Source: Malacoraja senta
Taxonomy: Eukaryota
DNA length: 64,000 bases
Direction of reading: 5' to 3'
Assembly: GCA_038087875.1 (NCBI GenBank)
Contig: CM075988.1
Span: 9,426,001-9,490,000 of the forward strand
Made by a program: the position numbers and the translations under genes. Below the pieces are notes generated by a model. It was not told where the DNA came from. It saw nothing but the letters and a program-made list of their open reading frames with translations, and made no database searches. Below, in pieces: positions 47,270 through 60,414 of the stretch; the stretch's first letter is position 1; each line of letters starts with the position of its first letter.

Positions 47270-48970
47270 TGCTCCAGATGTTCAAGGTACATGGAATCCA
47301 AGGTGAGTTAGCTAATTGGATCCAAATGTAGAAACAATGAATTGCAGATGCTAGTTTGTACTGAAAGTGGACACAAAGTGCTGGAGTTTCTCAGAGGGTC
47401 AGGCAGCATCTCTGGAGAAAAAGCATGGGTGACGTTTCGGGTCAGGTCCCTTCTTTAGACTGAAAGTAGGGTTGGGGGAGGAATGGAGGGGAGGTGAAGA
47501 TCTAGAGGCGAAATAAGACCAGGTCCAATCAGGGCTGGCCACAAATAACCTCAGGCAGGGTGGTGCCTGGTAGGTCCATTGTTGGCTAGGGAAGGTGCGA
47601 CCTCAAGAGAAACAATGTGTAGAACTATGGAACTGGTAAAACGACTAGGGTGGAGGAAGGGGGCAAGAAGGCGATGAGAGATCCAAAACTGGTTTGGTAA
47701 TAGGAGGCAGAAGGTAAGTGCAGTAAAATGGTTTAGGTCCTGCAACCTTTGTTGGTTGTATTCTCAACAACGTAGAAGTGTTTGCAGGAGCTACGTTCGA
47801 TAAGTTTGTGGAATGCACAAATGTTGGTTTCGCTGTGGATAGTGAGGAAGGTTGTCCAAGGGTTCAGCATGACCTATGTCAGTGGAAAGGATGCACAGGT
47901 CATTGGCAAATGGAATTTATTCTTGGCAAATGTGAGATCATGCATTTTGATAATAGTGATAGGACATATAGTGTAAATGGCATGGTACTAAGGATGAACA
48001 TTTGAGGTTCAAGTCCATGGTTCCCCAAGAGTGGCAGCAGGTAGGTAGGACGGTGAAAAAAGCAAATGGCATGCTTGCCTTCATGGGTTGGAAATAGAAT
48101 ATAAACGTTCGTACATTATACTGCATCTTTACAAAACATTGGTTAGACTGCAGTTGGATATTGTGTGCATTTCACATTCAACACTAATGGGCGGCACAGT
48201 GGCGCAGCAGTAGAGTTGCTGCCTTGCAGGGCCAGAGACCTGGGTTCAATCCTGACAATGGGTGCTGTCTGTACGGAGTTTGTACATTTTCCCTCTGACA
48301 ACCTGGGTATTCTCCGGGTGCTCTGGTTTCCCCCACATTCGGTTTTTGTATGTTAATTGGCTTCTGTAAAAATTGTCCCGAATATGTAGGTTAGAACTAA
48401 TGTACAGGTGATTGACGGTTGGAGTGGACTCGATGGGCTGAAGGGCCTGATTCCACGCTGTATCTCAAAACTAAACTGTAGGAAGAATATGGATGCACTG
48501 AGATGCAGAGAAGATTTACCCAAATGTTGCCTGAATTGGAGAACCTTAGTTAGGAGGAAAGAGAATCTGGATGGGTAGGTTTGTTTTTCCTGGAGTGAAG
48601 GGAGCTAAGAGGTGACCTGGTAGAGATATATAAGGTTAATAGAAGCATAAATAGGGTAGAGAGTCATCACTATTTGCTCCCATATTTGGGTTTCAGAAAG
48701 AGGCCATAGATTTAAGGAGTTTCAAAAAAAAGTTGAAGGAAATGTATTTTACACAGAAAATTATTAATTTCTGGAATTCGCTGCTGGAGGAGATGGTGAC
48801 GTCAAATATGATCACTACATTTAAGACATATTTCAACAGGCACATAAATAGGCAAGTGATAGAAGGGTACAAACTAGTGCTGGCAATTGGAATGCGTGCA
48901 GATAGGCAAAAAGGTTGGCATTAATATGGCGTGCCAAATGGCCTGCTTCTACGTTGAATGACTCAGTGAT
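47270..48970 (+). mobile_element. Old CR1 LINE fragment with nested Penelope piece (~47328-47720, -) and HE1-like SINE (48188-48478, +)
   Basis: WQMEF..KCEIMHF and FTQKIINFWNSL CR1 ORF2 motifs; nested repeats match the other copies. Confidence 0.7.
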
Positions 48971-49571
48971 TATTTTAGTACCAGCATAATGGTTCCAGGG
49001 CTGCCAACTCTCATGCTTTTAGCGTGAGAATCACGCCTTGGGGCAAATTCTCACGCCCTCATGCTCATGACTGAGTTCTCACGCTGAGTTCAGTCCCTGC
49101 ACAGTTTGTCCCTTTGCGCCGCGTGCCAGGGATCTGCACGGTCTGGGGAAGCGCGTCGGTTGCCGGCTGTGAGTGACGTCGCGTCTCTTCTCTCTTGGTT
49201 GGTGTGCAGCCGCCGGGTGTCAGCAGCTCTATGTGCCGGCTGTGAGCGCTGCGCTGCCGGCCGCCGCTGCAGCCTCGCTCCCTCCCTCCTGCCCTTCAAC
49301 TCACACGGCAGCGCCAGAGCCGCCAAACCACGCTACACCGTGCCCGCCAGACTCCCCATTGGGCGGCCGGGGAGAGAGAGGGAGGGGGGAGAGAGAGAAA
49401 GAGAGAGAGGGAAAGAAAAAAAGGAGGGATGGAGGCAAAGCGAGACAAGGGGAGGGAATGTAGAAAGGGGATGAAGGAAGGAAAGGAGAGAGTGGAGAAA
49501 GAGGGAGGGGGAGGAAAGAGGGAAGGATGGGGGCTGGAGGGAGGAAGGGCTGGATGGAGGGGGAAGAAAAG

Positions 49572-50452
49572 GTGTGTGTGTGTGTGTGTGTGTCTGTCTC
49601 CCTGTGTGTGTCTCCTTGTGTGTGTATGTGTGCCTCCCTGTGTGTGTGTGTCTCCCTGTGTATGTGTGTCTCCCTGTGTGTGCGTGTCTCCCTGTGTGTG
49701 TGTGTCTGTGTGTCTCCCTGTGTGTGTGTCTCCCTGTGTGTGTGTGTGTGTGCGTGTCTGTGTGTCTCCCTGTATGTGTGTCTCCCTGTGTGTGTGTGTG
49801 TGTGTGCGTGTCTCCCTGTGTGTGTGTGCGTGTCTGTGTGTCTCCCTGTTTGTGTGTCTCGCTGTGTGTGTGTCTCCCCGTGTTTGTTGTTTGTCTCCCT
49901 GTGTGTGTGTGCTTGTCTGTGTGTCTCCCTGCTTGTGTGTCTCCCTGTGTGTGTGTGCTTGTCTGTGTGTCTCCCTGTTTGTGTGTCTCCCTGTGTGTGT
50001 GTGCTTGTCTGTGTGTCTCCCTGTTTGTGTGTCTCCCTGTGTGTGTGTGCTTGTCTGTGTGTCTCCCTGTTTGTGTGTCTCCCTGTGTGTGTGTCTCCCC
50101 GTGTTTGTTGTTTGTCTCCCTGTGTGTGTGTGCTTGTCTGTGTGTCTCCCTGCTTGTGTGTCTCCCTGTGTGTGTGTGCTTGTCTGTGTGTCTCCCTGTT
50201 TGTGTGTCTCCCTGTGTGTGTGTGCTTGTCTGTGTGTCTCCCTGTTTGTGTGTCTCCCTGTGTGTGTGTCTCCCCGTGTTTGTTGTTTGTCTCCCTGTGT
50301 GTGTGTGCGTGTCTGTGTGTCTCCCTGTGTATGTGTGTCTCTGTGTGTGTGTGTGTGTCTCCCCGTGTGTGTGTCTGTCTGTCTCCCTGTGTGTGTGTGT
50401 GTCTGTCTCCCTGTGTGTGTCTTCCTTTGTGTATGTTTCTCCCTGTGTGTCT
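49572..50452. repeat. (TG)nTCTCCC compound minisatellite with higher-order structure
   Basis: Repeating TGTGTCTCCC units, 46-bp subunits and 175/221-bp blocks. Confidence 0.92.
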
Positions 50453-51018
50453 GTTGTCACATCCTGGCCTTAGACAGGATCTGCCAACTCTCATGCTTTG
50501 AGCGTGAGAGTCACGAATTTCAGCCAATGCTGACGCTGATGACAGAATTCTCACGCTGTCTTCAGTCCCTGCACAGTTTGTCTCTTTTGCGCCACATCAC
50601 AGCGATCTGTGCAGTCTGGGGAAGCGCGTCAGTTGCCGGCTATGAGTGACGTCGCATCTCTTCTCTTCTCTTCTTTATTGGTTGGATGTGCAGCCGCCGA
50701 CAACATGAAGCAGCCGGAGATAGAACTAACCAGGTGAATTGGTTGTAAAACATGGGGGGGGGACCACAATGAGGCCAAACATCTAGGACAGGATTCAGTA
50801 ACCTACGGCACATGGGCCGAATCCGGCCCGTAACCCGAAAAACCGCGGGGGGTTTTTCAATTCGTTTTCACGGGGTCGGGGCAGGCAAGCCGACCTGAGA
50901 ACTGCAGCCAGTCCCTGGGACGCGAGCTGATCTGCGAACGGCAGCCAGTCCCTGGGCACGCAGAATGCCAACTTGATCATTATGGACAAATTGGGCCAGC
51001 CATGTACATGTTGTATAA

Positions 51019-52829
51019 AAGTTCTGTCTCACTGTGCGAGTTGACCCACGAGTGACCCCGAGTGAAAGACTCGTGGTTGCGTACAATACTACAAGTTTAT
51101 GATCCAGAGTTTAACCGAGTTCCCACGGGTATGTCTAAGTTTCCCGTTTACTTCTCATTTCTGCGATGTTCCAAGTTCGTCTCCCGAGTTACCAAGTTCC
51201 TCTCCCGTTAATCTTGAGGCAACAATGTATATCGAAGTGTTGAAAAATCATCACATGTTAAAAAAAAATGATGTCATGCCAGCCAAAGAACGTAGAGACT
51301 ATTGTGTTTGCTGCATGTGTTCTGCACAACCTGATCCGTATCAGAGGTGCAGCTTCAGGATCAGCAACAGCCATGCAGGACGGTGACTTAGTGGACAGTC
51401 AAACAGGGAGAATAACACTAGGTGCGTGGAGGAGTGGTACAAACGACGAGACTTTGGTGCCACTGCAGTGTTTTCGAGGTACGGGGACCAACAGTGCAAA
51501 AGAGCAGAGAGACCATCTCTGCTCCTACTATAATTCAGAATTGGGCAGTGTGCCGTGGCAGGACAGCTTATTTTGAGCGGCTGCCGACCACAGGTACATC
51601 ACTGCATGAGGAGAGCCCACATGCAGAAAAATCCAGTTAATTTCATGTTTAGTTTAAATCCTGCTGACTTTTCATTGTTTAACTTTAAGTGTGGATTTTA
51701 TTTTTTATTGTGGTGTAAAAGTAATTTCATTGCATCTGTCTTTCCTTTAAAACGTGGTTATCATTCATCTGCTTACCTGATTGTAGATCTCAAAACTTGT
51801 CATTTAGCGCATTGCATTGTATCTTTTATTGCCTGAATTTAGACTAGTGCATTTCTCAGCTGAATTAGTATATAGTGAAAATACTTGTATTTGTGGTTCA
51901 TTTGTTGATTTTCATGTATGAGAAGCCCTTTTCAGACAGTGGTGTTTGCTGTAGTGCTACGTTTCTCAATATGCGCAAAAAAGCGTTTTTTATATTGAAC
52001 AAGAATAAAGACTTTGTTTCACATTCAAGACATTTGTTTCACATAAGACTTTGTCTTATTTTCTGATCTACTAAGAGGTGACAATTTTAAACATTTAAAA
52101 AGCACAGCATATGAGGCAGCTGAGTCCTTAAATCTCACAAATGATTGTGAGAATCAAGATGTGAATATATTTTGCCTTCCTCTATTTTGTGTTTTATGAT
52201 GAAAGGAATATTACATTCAAGTCATGAGACTTTGTAGTGATATTAAAATGAACACTTCCAGACATCAATTTGATCTTGATAGCAAAGAACTCTCTTTTAT
52301 TGTGCAATGAAGTAAACAAACAGTGAGAATCAAACGGTCCAGCAAAAAGCTTTTCAACACAACACAACACAACACAAATTTATATATAAACTTCAAGCAA
52401 TTTTTTCTTTTCAACCCACTCTGTCACCTTAATAATAACTTGCTTAACTTTGTTAAGCAGAATTTGTCTTTAAAAAGTCTAAGTAACTGATATTTCTGTC
52501 CCTGATTATTGTTTCTAAAAAGAGTTCCCACGGTAGAATCACGAGTCACAAAGTTAAACGCACGGGCCACTACGTTCTTACAACGAGTTTAAATGTTTCA
52601 ATTTTTAACCACAAGAGTACATTTTACTCGTGGAAAAGTTCAAACGTGTTTGAACTTTTGCAAGAGTTAACAAGTTTCACGTGTACCTCCCGTTAGCACC
52701 AAGAGTCGCTAAGTTGCGTCCACGAGTTCAGACGTTTCCGCTACGTTAATTGTACGTGATTACCACGAGTTAAATTTGTTTTAAACTCGGGGTCACTCGT
52801 GGGTCAACTCGCACAGTGAGACAGACCTT
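51019..52829 (+). mobile_element. Internally deleted PIF/Harbinger DNA transposon
   Basis: ~45-bp TIRs (CTGTCTCACTGTGCGAGTTGACCCACGAGTGACCCCGAGT), TAA TSD at 51016-51018 and 52830-52832, transposase remnant. Confidence 0.88.
51268..51576 (+). pseudogene. Harbinger DDE transposase C-terminal fragment
   Basis: IVFAACVLHNLIR...AKEQRDHLCSYYNSELGSVPWQ. Confidence 0.82.
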
Positions 52830-53257
52830 TAACTCTGACTATGCAGATCTGAGTGGGCTTAGAATGACCATTTAAGCAAAATTTCCCTCACTTTCCCCCA
52901 TTTTGATTCTTGAGATTAATATCCCTTTGCTCTGTTAACAGCGTTAAAGTACTTATGAGGTAGAGTCAGGAAAGGGAATGTGTTATTTTCTTTTAGTTTG
53001 CTTTAATATTTTAGTTGATTTTTTGTTGACTGCCATAATTTCTGAAATGGTCTTAATGTAACTTAACTGTTATAAAGCAGTAATAAGTGATTTTTGTCCA
53101 AACAATTGGAACTTGCATAAAATGTTTGCATTATTTGCAGGGCTGCCAACTCTCACGCATTGATCATGAGACTCACGCATTTCACAAAATTCTCATGCTC
53201 TCATGCTGATCACAAAATTATATAATGAGAATAGGACCTGTTTTGCTTAACAAATAG

Positions 53258-53960
53258 TGTAGGAAGGAATTGCAGATGCTGGTTTAAACTGAAGATAGAC
53301 ACTAAAAACTAGAAAAACTCAGCAGGACAGGCAGCATCTCTGGAGAGAAAGAATGGGTGATGTTTCGAGTCGACACCTTCAGACTTAAGAGGTTGAAAAC
53401 CAGCCATAAAACACAATGACGACATGTGTGTTATCCAACTAAGGGCAGAAATCAGAATCATGTGTTCATCTTTATTCACGTGACACCATAATAAATATAT
53501 TACAGAAAAAATAATTGAATGGGGTGGCACGGTGGCGCAGTGGTAGAGTTGCTGCCTTACTACCACAAGGGTTTTCTCTGGATATTCCGGTTTCTCCCAT
53601 ATCCGAAAGAAGTGCAGGTTTGTAGGTTAATTGGCTTCTGTAAATTGTCCCTGGCGTGATGGATGGAATTGGTGTATGATAGATTGCTGGTCGGTGTGGA
53701 TTTTGTGGGCGGAAGGGCCTGTTTCCATATATATTTTTACATATATATCTTAATTTTATTGAACCATATATGATTGAATATGTGGCATTGTTTTCGTCTT
53801 GTTTCTATATTCAAAGGGTAAGGTTGAAACCGTCTGAAGAAGGGTTTCGGCCCGAAATGTTGCCTATTTCCTTCGCTCCATAGATTCTGCCACACCCGCT
53901 GAGTTTCTCCAGCAATTTTGTCTACCTTCGATTCTCCAGCATCTGTAGTTCCTTCTTGAA
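53258..53960. mobile_element. Cluster: Penelope pLTR (53258-53390, -), HE1-like SINE (53520-53730, +), Penelope pLTR (53832-53960, +)
   Basis: Each piece matches other copies in the window. Confidence 0.75.
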
Positions 53961-54531
53961 CAAGGTTGATTGATTTATTTGTGCAGAACAGTGATGGAAG
54001 TCCGACTTTTGCTTTGTTTCTCTGAGTTTTTCTCTATATATATACGTAACAGCATGGATATAATCTGATTTCCATATATGAATACAGTCATTCATGTGCT
54101 GCACCTGTTGATCAGAGCCTGGATCTGTGGAATGTAATTAGGAATGTAATTTAGCCTAACCTTATTCATACCTAATCCAATTTAAAGCATAAATGTTGCA
54201 TTCAAATGCAAGTTAAAAGACTCGCTACAGTATGCACCAGATTGCACAATTTCAAGCTGAAAAATGCAAAAGCTCCCTACAGTGGGAGTGGGAACACCCC
54301 CCTTCCACACCCTCCCCCCCCCTCCCACACCCTCCCCCCCCCCGGTCGCTACGCTCCCTCGCAATTTCTCACTCTCAACTCTCACCCAATGTTGGCAGCC
54401 CTGTGGTTCATCCATTATGCAACACGAAGTCCCAATATTACAGGAATAAATTATGATCCACCAGATATATGGAGAATTGTGAGTGTGTTATTGTAACCAT
54501 ACGATTGTGTGTGCGCACGTGAATGCACACA

Positions 54532-54730
54532 TAGAGTCATAGAGTCATATAGCATGGAAACAGGTCCTTCAGCCCAACTTGCACACACTGACCAACATGT
54601 CCCAACTACACCAGTCCCACCTGCCTGTGTTTAACCCATATACCTCTAAACCTATCCTATCCATGTACCTGTTTTAATATTTCTTAAACGTTGCACCTAA
54701 CTGCCTCACCTACCTCCTCTGGCAGCATGT
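54532..54730 (-). mobile_element. CR1-like LINE 3' fragment
   Basis: Reverse complement of the 46110-46300-type tail. Confidence 0.75.
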
Positions 54731-55699
54731 GTATCTATGTACCTATGACTCTATGTCTGTGAGTGTGTTTGCAGGTGGTTCTAGAAGTATATAATGCATC
54801 ATTATACCAAGAAAAGGGACGGGCCGGTGGGTTAAGACTCACAGACTCACAGAGTATCACCTGGTTTAGCAGAGAATTGCCAGTACAGTAGGAAATATTG
54901 AGACCCAATCGGACTATTTATGTAGAAGGACAAACAACTTGAGTGGTTTGCAAGGACTGTACATTTAAAACATTAACTCAATATCCTATCATTTTGTCAT
55001 CTATAGGTTGTAGGTTGCTACACTTATGCACACAGTAAGGAATTTAATATGGCAGCAAATCACATTCAGAAGGTCAGTTAACATGTCTACTTATTATTAA
55101 GCAACTGTCAATACATTATCAGTAATTTCATACTAGGTCCTACGTTGCACAAATGAAAGCATAAACAAACATTTAAAGATCGCAGTGTACAACTGATGTA
55201 ACCGTCTCCAGTGAAGTAATTTAAGTCATCATATGCACATTAAATATTAAACAGAGGAAATTATTCTCCAGCCAATCCTGCCGAAGACATCAATAGATGA
55301 ATACTTTGGGGATTCAGTGTCTACATAAAACTGTGATTGATCAACTCATGTGATAATAAATATGCTTCTGTCAGATTTATATCAGAATGGTATAATATTA
55401 ATGGGGTAGGAGATGTATGAAGATTAGCAATGGTACATGCAACATACTGTGATATTTTAAATGTGAATATATTGCACTCAGCAAGGAGTTGCGGAGTGTG
55501 CATCTTTACCAGGTTTTTTAAATGATTAACACTATGCATAGCTTCCAGTAAAGTATAGTGAAATAGTCATGTAACTCCTCCATAAGTTTCTTTGTTCAAA
55601 CTGCAGTTAAAAATCTTATGACACATTCATGGGATTCAGGATAATATTTGCAAACAATTACATAGAATATACAATGCAAGAGGTCATTCAGCTCATCTT

Positions 55700-56017
55700 A
55701 GTTTAGTTTAGTTTAGTTTAGTTTAGTTTAGAGATACAGCACCGACAAGTCCGCGCTGACCAACAATCCCGGCACACTAACATTATCCTATTTACACTAG
55801 GAATAATTTATTAATATACCAAGCCAATTTGCCTACAATCCTGTATATCTTTGGATTGTGGGAAGAAACCGGAGCTACCTGGGGCCTGGACAATACCCAC
55901 GCAGATCACGGGGAGAACGTACAAACTCCGTACAGGCAAGCACCCATAGTGAGGATCGAACCCGGATCTCTGGCGCTGTAAGCGAGCAAATCTACCACTG
56001 TGCCACTGTGTCACCGC
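55700..56017 (-). mobile_element. HE1-like SINE with (CTAAA)n tail
   Basis: (TTTAG)6 tail on +, A/B boxes at 55950-56010 on -. Confidence 0.82.
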
Positions 56018-56069
56018 CATCTGGTTTCTCTAAGATTCCTTATGCTCACCACTCAGTCCAACGTTTAAT

Positions 56070-56340
56070 TTAGAGGGCATAGCATTTAATTTAGAAGGGA
56101 AAGTTTGAAGGAGATGTGTGGGGCACGTTTGGTACAAAGAGAGTGGTAAGTGCCTGGAAGCCACAGCCAGTTGGTAGTAGTAGAAGCAGATGCAATAGGA
56201 GTATTTAAGACGATTTTGAATGGGCGCATGGATATGTAGGGTATGGCAAAGGAGATAAACCTGACGTCATGTTTGGCGAAGACATTGGGGCTGAAGGGAC
56301 AGTTCCTGTGCTGTACTGTTGTATATTCTATGTTCTAATA
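56070..56340 (+). mobile_element. CR1-like LINE 3' fragment
   Basis: Homologous to 14205-14350 plus 14561-14690. Confidence 0.65.
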
Positions 56341-56904
56341 CCTCATAGCCTGACCTCGTTCATGATTCTCCTATTCTGCAGAATAGTATCAAATGACTCA
56401 TGAGCAAATGGCCACTACATCGAATGCATTGCATTGCTGCCTACTTCAAAAAATTATTTCAAAAAATTACTTCAAAAAATTGAAAAGAACTTCAGCATCC
56501 TGTGATCTTTATCATCCAGGGCTGTCATGAGTTCTGTTTCTTTCTGGATCATCTTAAAGTCAAGGTCAAGATGATGACTGTCTCTCTAGGCTTCCTGAAT
56601 GCATTAAGTAACAAAACAGTCATGGATTATGTTGCCCAATCTCGCTCTAAATCATTTATGGTTGTGATTTGTTTGATTGAAGGTTCCCTTTGAAATTAGA
56701 TCCCTCTTCTCACAAGACTCCTTTTCAGTGCCTTTTAGTCGAGTGACAGAAAATGAATGTCTTGATGTTGCCAAGCCCAACCTTTGGCTTCAGTTGCCAC
56801 GTCCATGTCTAGAGGTTGTCATGAACCGATTTAAAATATCCATTCACTTTAAAAAGAGTAAATTCTGCATGATTAAGCTACACTTCATATCTAAGATCAT
56901 GAAG

Positions 56905-57195
56905 TGGATGGCACAGTGGTGCAGTGGTAAAGATGCCGCCTTACAGTGCCAGAGACCTGGCTACGAACCTCACTGCCGTTGCTGTCTGTGCGGAGTTTAT
57001 ACGTTCTCTCTGAGACCATGTGAGTTTTCTCTGGGTGTTCCACTTTCCTCCCACATTCCAAAGACCTGGCTTCTGTAACTTGTCCCTAGTGTGCAGGATG
57101 CAAAAGTTGGATAACATAGTGTACGGGCGATCAATGGTCGGTGAGGACTCGGTGGACCGAAGGGCCCATTTCCACATTGTATCCCTAAATTAAAT
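56905..57195 (+). mobile_element. HE1-like SINE
   Basis: Head, core and tail motifs. Confidence 0.8.
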
Positions 57196-57349
57196 GAAAT
57201 AAAAGCAGACCACATACCTTTGCTCTATTCAGGCAGTTTAGCAACCTGTTCAGCCTACTCACAAACTCAAACTTTGTGTACACAGGAAATTTAGATGCCT
57301 GTATGAGATTATTGATTTGTTTTAAAGTAGAGCGAAAGAAAAAATTAAT

Positions 57350-57605
57350 CATTTATATTGATCCTTTCAGAACCCCAGGACTTAATAAAGCAGTTCACAG
57401 CAGGTTGAAGTACCCCTGAAGTGTAATCATTGTTGTAATATTAAGAAACACAGCAGCTAAATTGTCCTCAGCAAGGTCATCGGAACAGAAATAAGTAATA
57501 TGTTTTGCTGGCATTGATTGAAGCATAGACAATGGCAAGGACACTGACAAAGAAATCCAAGTGTTATTTTTACGGATTATGGTTAGGAACTGTTTAATCC
57601 TGTGG
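57350..57605 (-). mobile_element. Ancient Deu-domain SINE remnant (SacSINE1/AmnSINE1-like)
   Basis: ATTTATAT..CCTTTCA..CAGGAC..AAAGC..TTCACAGC..GAAGTAC..TGAAGTGTA.TCA.TGTTGTAAT..AGAAAC..GCAGC..AATT resembles the recalled DeuSINE consensus. Confidence 0.5.
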
Positions 57606-57614
57606 AGAGGAAGA

Positions 57615-58405
57615 CAAATAGATACAAAATGCTGGAGTAACTCAGCATCTCTGAGGCAGCATCTCTGACAGAAGGAATGGGTGATGTTTCGGATCCAGAC
57701 ACTTCTTCAGACTGAGCATCAGGGGAGAATAAGTTACAGAGATAAGGAAGTGTAAGAAATCAAAAGCGATCAATATTAAGGAAATTGTAGAATAGACCAT
57801 TGTTAGCTAGGAGAAGGTGACAACAAAGTAGACAGAGATAAAATGTAATCAGGAGGACAGTCAGACTGGTCGGAGAACTGGGAAGGGGGAGGGATGGAGA
57901 GAGACGAAAGCAAGGGTTACTTAAAGTTAGAGAAGTCAAAATCATACCGCTGGGATGCAAGCTGCCCAAGCAAAATGTGAGATGTTGTTTCTCCAATTTG
58001 CACTTGGCCTCACTTTGACAATGGAGGAGGCCCAGGACAGAAAGGTCAGTTTGGGAATGGAGGGGGTATTAAAGTGTTTAGCAACCGGGAGATCAAGTAG
58101 GTTTAGGCCAAGGGTTCCCAACCTGGGGTAAATTTACCACCAGGGGGTACATTTTGCCAACCCAGGGGGTAAATTTGTTGATTCTGGATTTGTACATATT
58201 TTTTCTCATTGAATGTGTGTTTGGTTCTGGTATACCGATATCTGTTCATCACTAGTTGGCCATAAATAAGTGAAATAACATTGTTATGTGCTATTAAAGT
58301 TGCCAAGGGTAAACGGGAAGAAAAAGGTTAGGAACCCCTAGTTTAGATGGTCTGAGCGGAGGTGTTCAGCAAAACGATCGCCAAGCCTGCACTTGGTCTC
58401 GGTGA
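57615..58405 (-). mobile_element. Penelope 3' fragment interrupted by a hAT MITE
   Basis: EKQHLTFCLGSLHPSGM matches the GIY-YIG C-terminus; the sequence resumes after 58340. Confidence 0.8.
58109..58340. mobile_element. hAT (Charlie-like) MITE, 232 bp
   Basis: TIRs CAAGGGTTCCCAACCT / AGGTTAGGAACCCCTA; imperfect 8-bp TSD GTTTAGGC / GTTTAGAT. Confidence 0.75.
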
Positions 58406-58469
58406 AATGGTTAATGTAAAAGACCATATCTCACTCAGCAGGATGCACTGATGTTAGGTTGGATTATAT

Positions 58470-59113
58470 GTTTAGAGTTTAGAGATACAGCATGAGAACA
58501 GGTCCTTCAGTCCACCGAGTCACGCGACCATCAATCATATGTACACCAGTTCCATGTTATAAGGTCATAAGTGATAGGAGTAGAATTTGGCCATTCACCC
58601 CATTAAGTCTACTCCGCTATCCAATCATGGCTGATCTATCTCTACCTCCTAACCCAATTCTCCTGCCTTCTCCCCATAACCTCTTACATCTGTACTAATC
58701 AAGAATCTATCTATCTCTGCCTTAAATATATAATTGACTGGCCTCAACAGCCTTCTGTGGCAAATAATTCCACAGATTCACCACCCTCTGACAAAAATTC
58801 TCCTTCCTAAATGAATGTCCTTTAATTCTGAGGCTATGACCTCAAGTCCTGGACTGTCCCACTAGTGGAAACACCCCTTTGCATCCCACTGTTATCCCAC
58901 CTTTGCATCTTACACCATAGGGGCAATTTACCATAGCCAAGTAACCCACAAACCTGCACGTCTGTGGAATGTGGGAGGAAACCAGAGCACCCAGGAGAGA
59001 CCCATGCGGTCACAGGGAAAACCTAAGAACTCTGCACAGACAGCACCCATATTCAGGATCAAACCCGGTTCTCTGGGGCTGTGAGGCAGCAGCTCTACCG
59101 CTGCGCCGCTGTG
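58470..59113 (-). mobile_element. HE1-like SINE interrupted by a CR1 3' fragment (~58560-58890, -)
   Basis: SINE halves rejoin at TGTTAT; the insert matches 1670-2000. Confidence 0.75.
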
Positions 59114-60414
59114 CTGACCTATGATGAAAGCTCTGGTAACTTGAACACATGATTATTAGACTCGGCATTTGGAATGCCACCATTGATCAGTAATGGGCAA
59201 AGGAGGAAGTACAGAGGTGAGGGAGGCAGAGGGAAGTGGTGGCGTGAAGAAAAGAGACAAAAGGATAGCAAGTGCAAAGAAAAAATAAGGAATCAGCAGG
59301 AATATAAGACAACTTGAGACAAAGTGTGAAAATTAAACTGTCGGGAGCAAATAAAGGGAGCAGATAGAGGAGCGAAAGGAATTAATAAATAAGATTCTAA
59401 AAGATTAATATGTATTAACTATTTTCAAAACTAATTAAAAATATTTACATTTCATTATAATTGAGTTTGGTCTTCAGTATTATAATTGAATTTGATTGCA
59501 AATGATTGCATTAATGATGAATTCCTGATAATACTTCAAATGAATGGATTTTTAATTATCTTATGTCCTTTTTTGGTTGTGAATATCAATTAGTTATTAC
59601 TAATAAATTCTAATGTGGTGATAGGCACCCGGTAGTTCGTCTTTTTGGGTTGGTTCTGAGTAACTGAGCTGTATTTACACCTTTAATTAATTTACTCAGC
59701 AGGGAAAGAGCTACAATTGCAAAATATGAAGGTCAAAACCCATGCTGGCTCTCACCACCATAATTCCTTGTTCAATTGTTGAGCAGTCCTCATTTCAGAG
59801 GCCTGAAAACAACCTTTGCAATGGAATGTCTCTCTTAATACGTCCGCACATTAATTTTATTTTCCCAAAGAAAAAAGTAATGATTTTTAGTGATTTCTAG
59901 TGATTTCATCCAGTAACTAAATGTTTTCATTCTGTAATCTATCTAAGACCTATGTTACCACTAAGGTTTAATTTTGATACGTGAACATGTACGTTTATGT
60001 ACTGGTTCAAAACACATGGTCTAGTAGTGAGCAGCAGTGGTCTCTGCTTCCAAGAAGCGTGTGAGAATCCCTGCAGGAAACATCTCGAAAAATACCACCC
60101 ACACTCTCTCCACAAAGTTCTCCACATTCACTGGAACGGTAACGTATGATACGATATGATAGGACTTTATTTATCCCAGGAAGGAAATTGATCTGCCAAC
60201 AGTCATACAACACAAAATACATGATACATATAAGCAAACTAATGTCAGTGAACTCTCCCAGGCCAACATCCCCAGCATGCAGGTTCTGTCATGTGAACTT
60301 TCACTTGTTATTTTACCTGCATCTGTCGAACTATATATGTTTTCACCAAATGTTATGCTCAGATGAGGAAGTAAAGTGGAAATTTACTAGCTTTTGTTTT
60401 TCCGCCTGTGTTTG

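Larger units (their letters stand above)
48996..54403. mobile_element. Composite non-autonomous hAT-like DNA transposon, 5.4 kb
   Basis: TIR CAGGGCTGCCAAC / GTTGGCAGCCCTG; 6-bp TSD TGGTTC at 48990-48995 and 54404-54409. Confidence 0.78.

Noticed and set aside
49301..50649. Five long overlapping ORFs (299-417 aa) rich in C/V or H/T
   Set aside because: Translation of the stop-free (TG)nCTCCC minisatellite; not genes
51268..51576. Domesticated HARBI1-like host gene
   Set aside because: Only a C-terminal fragment, lying between TIRs with a TAA TSD, so a transposon remnant
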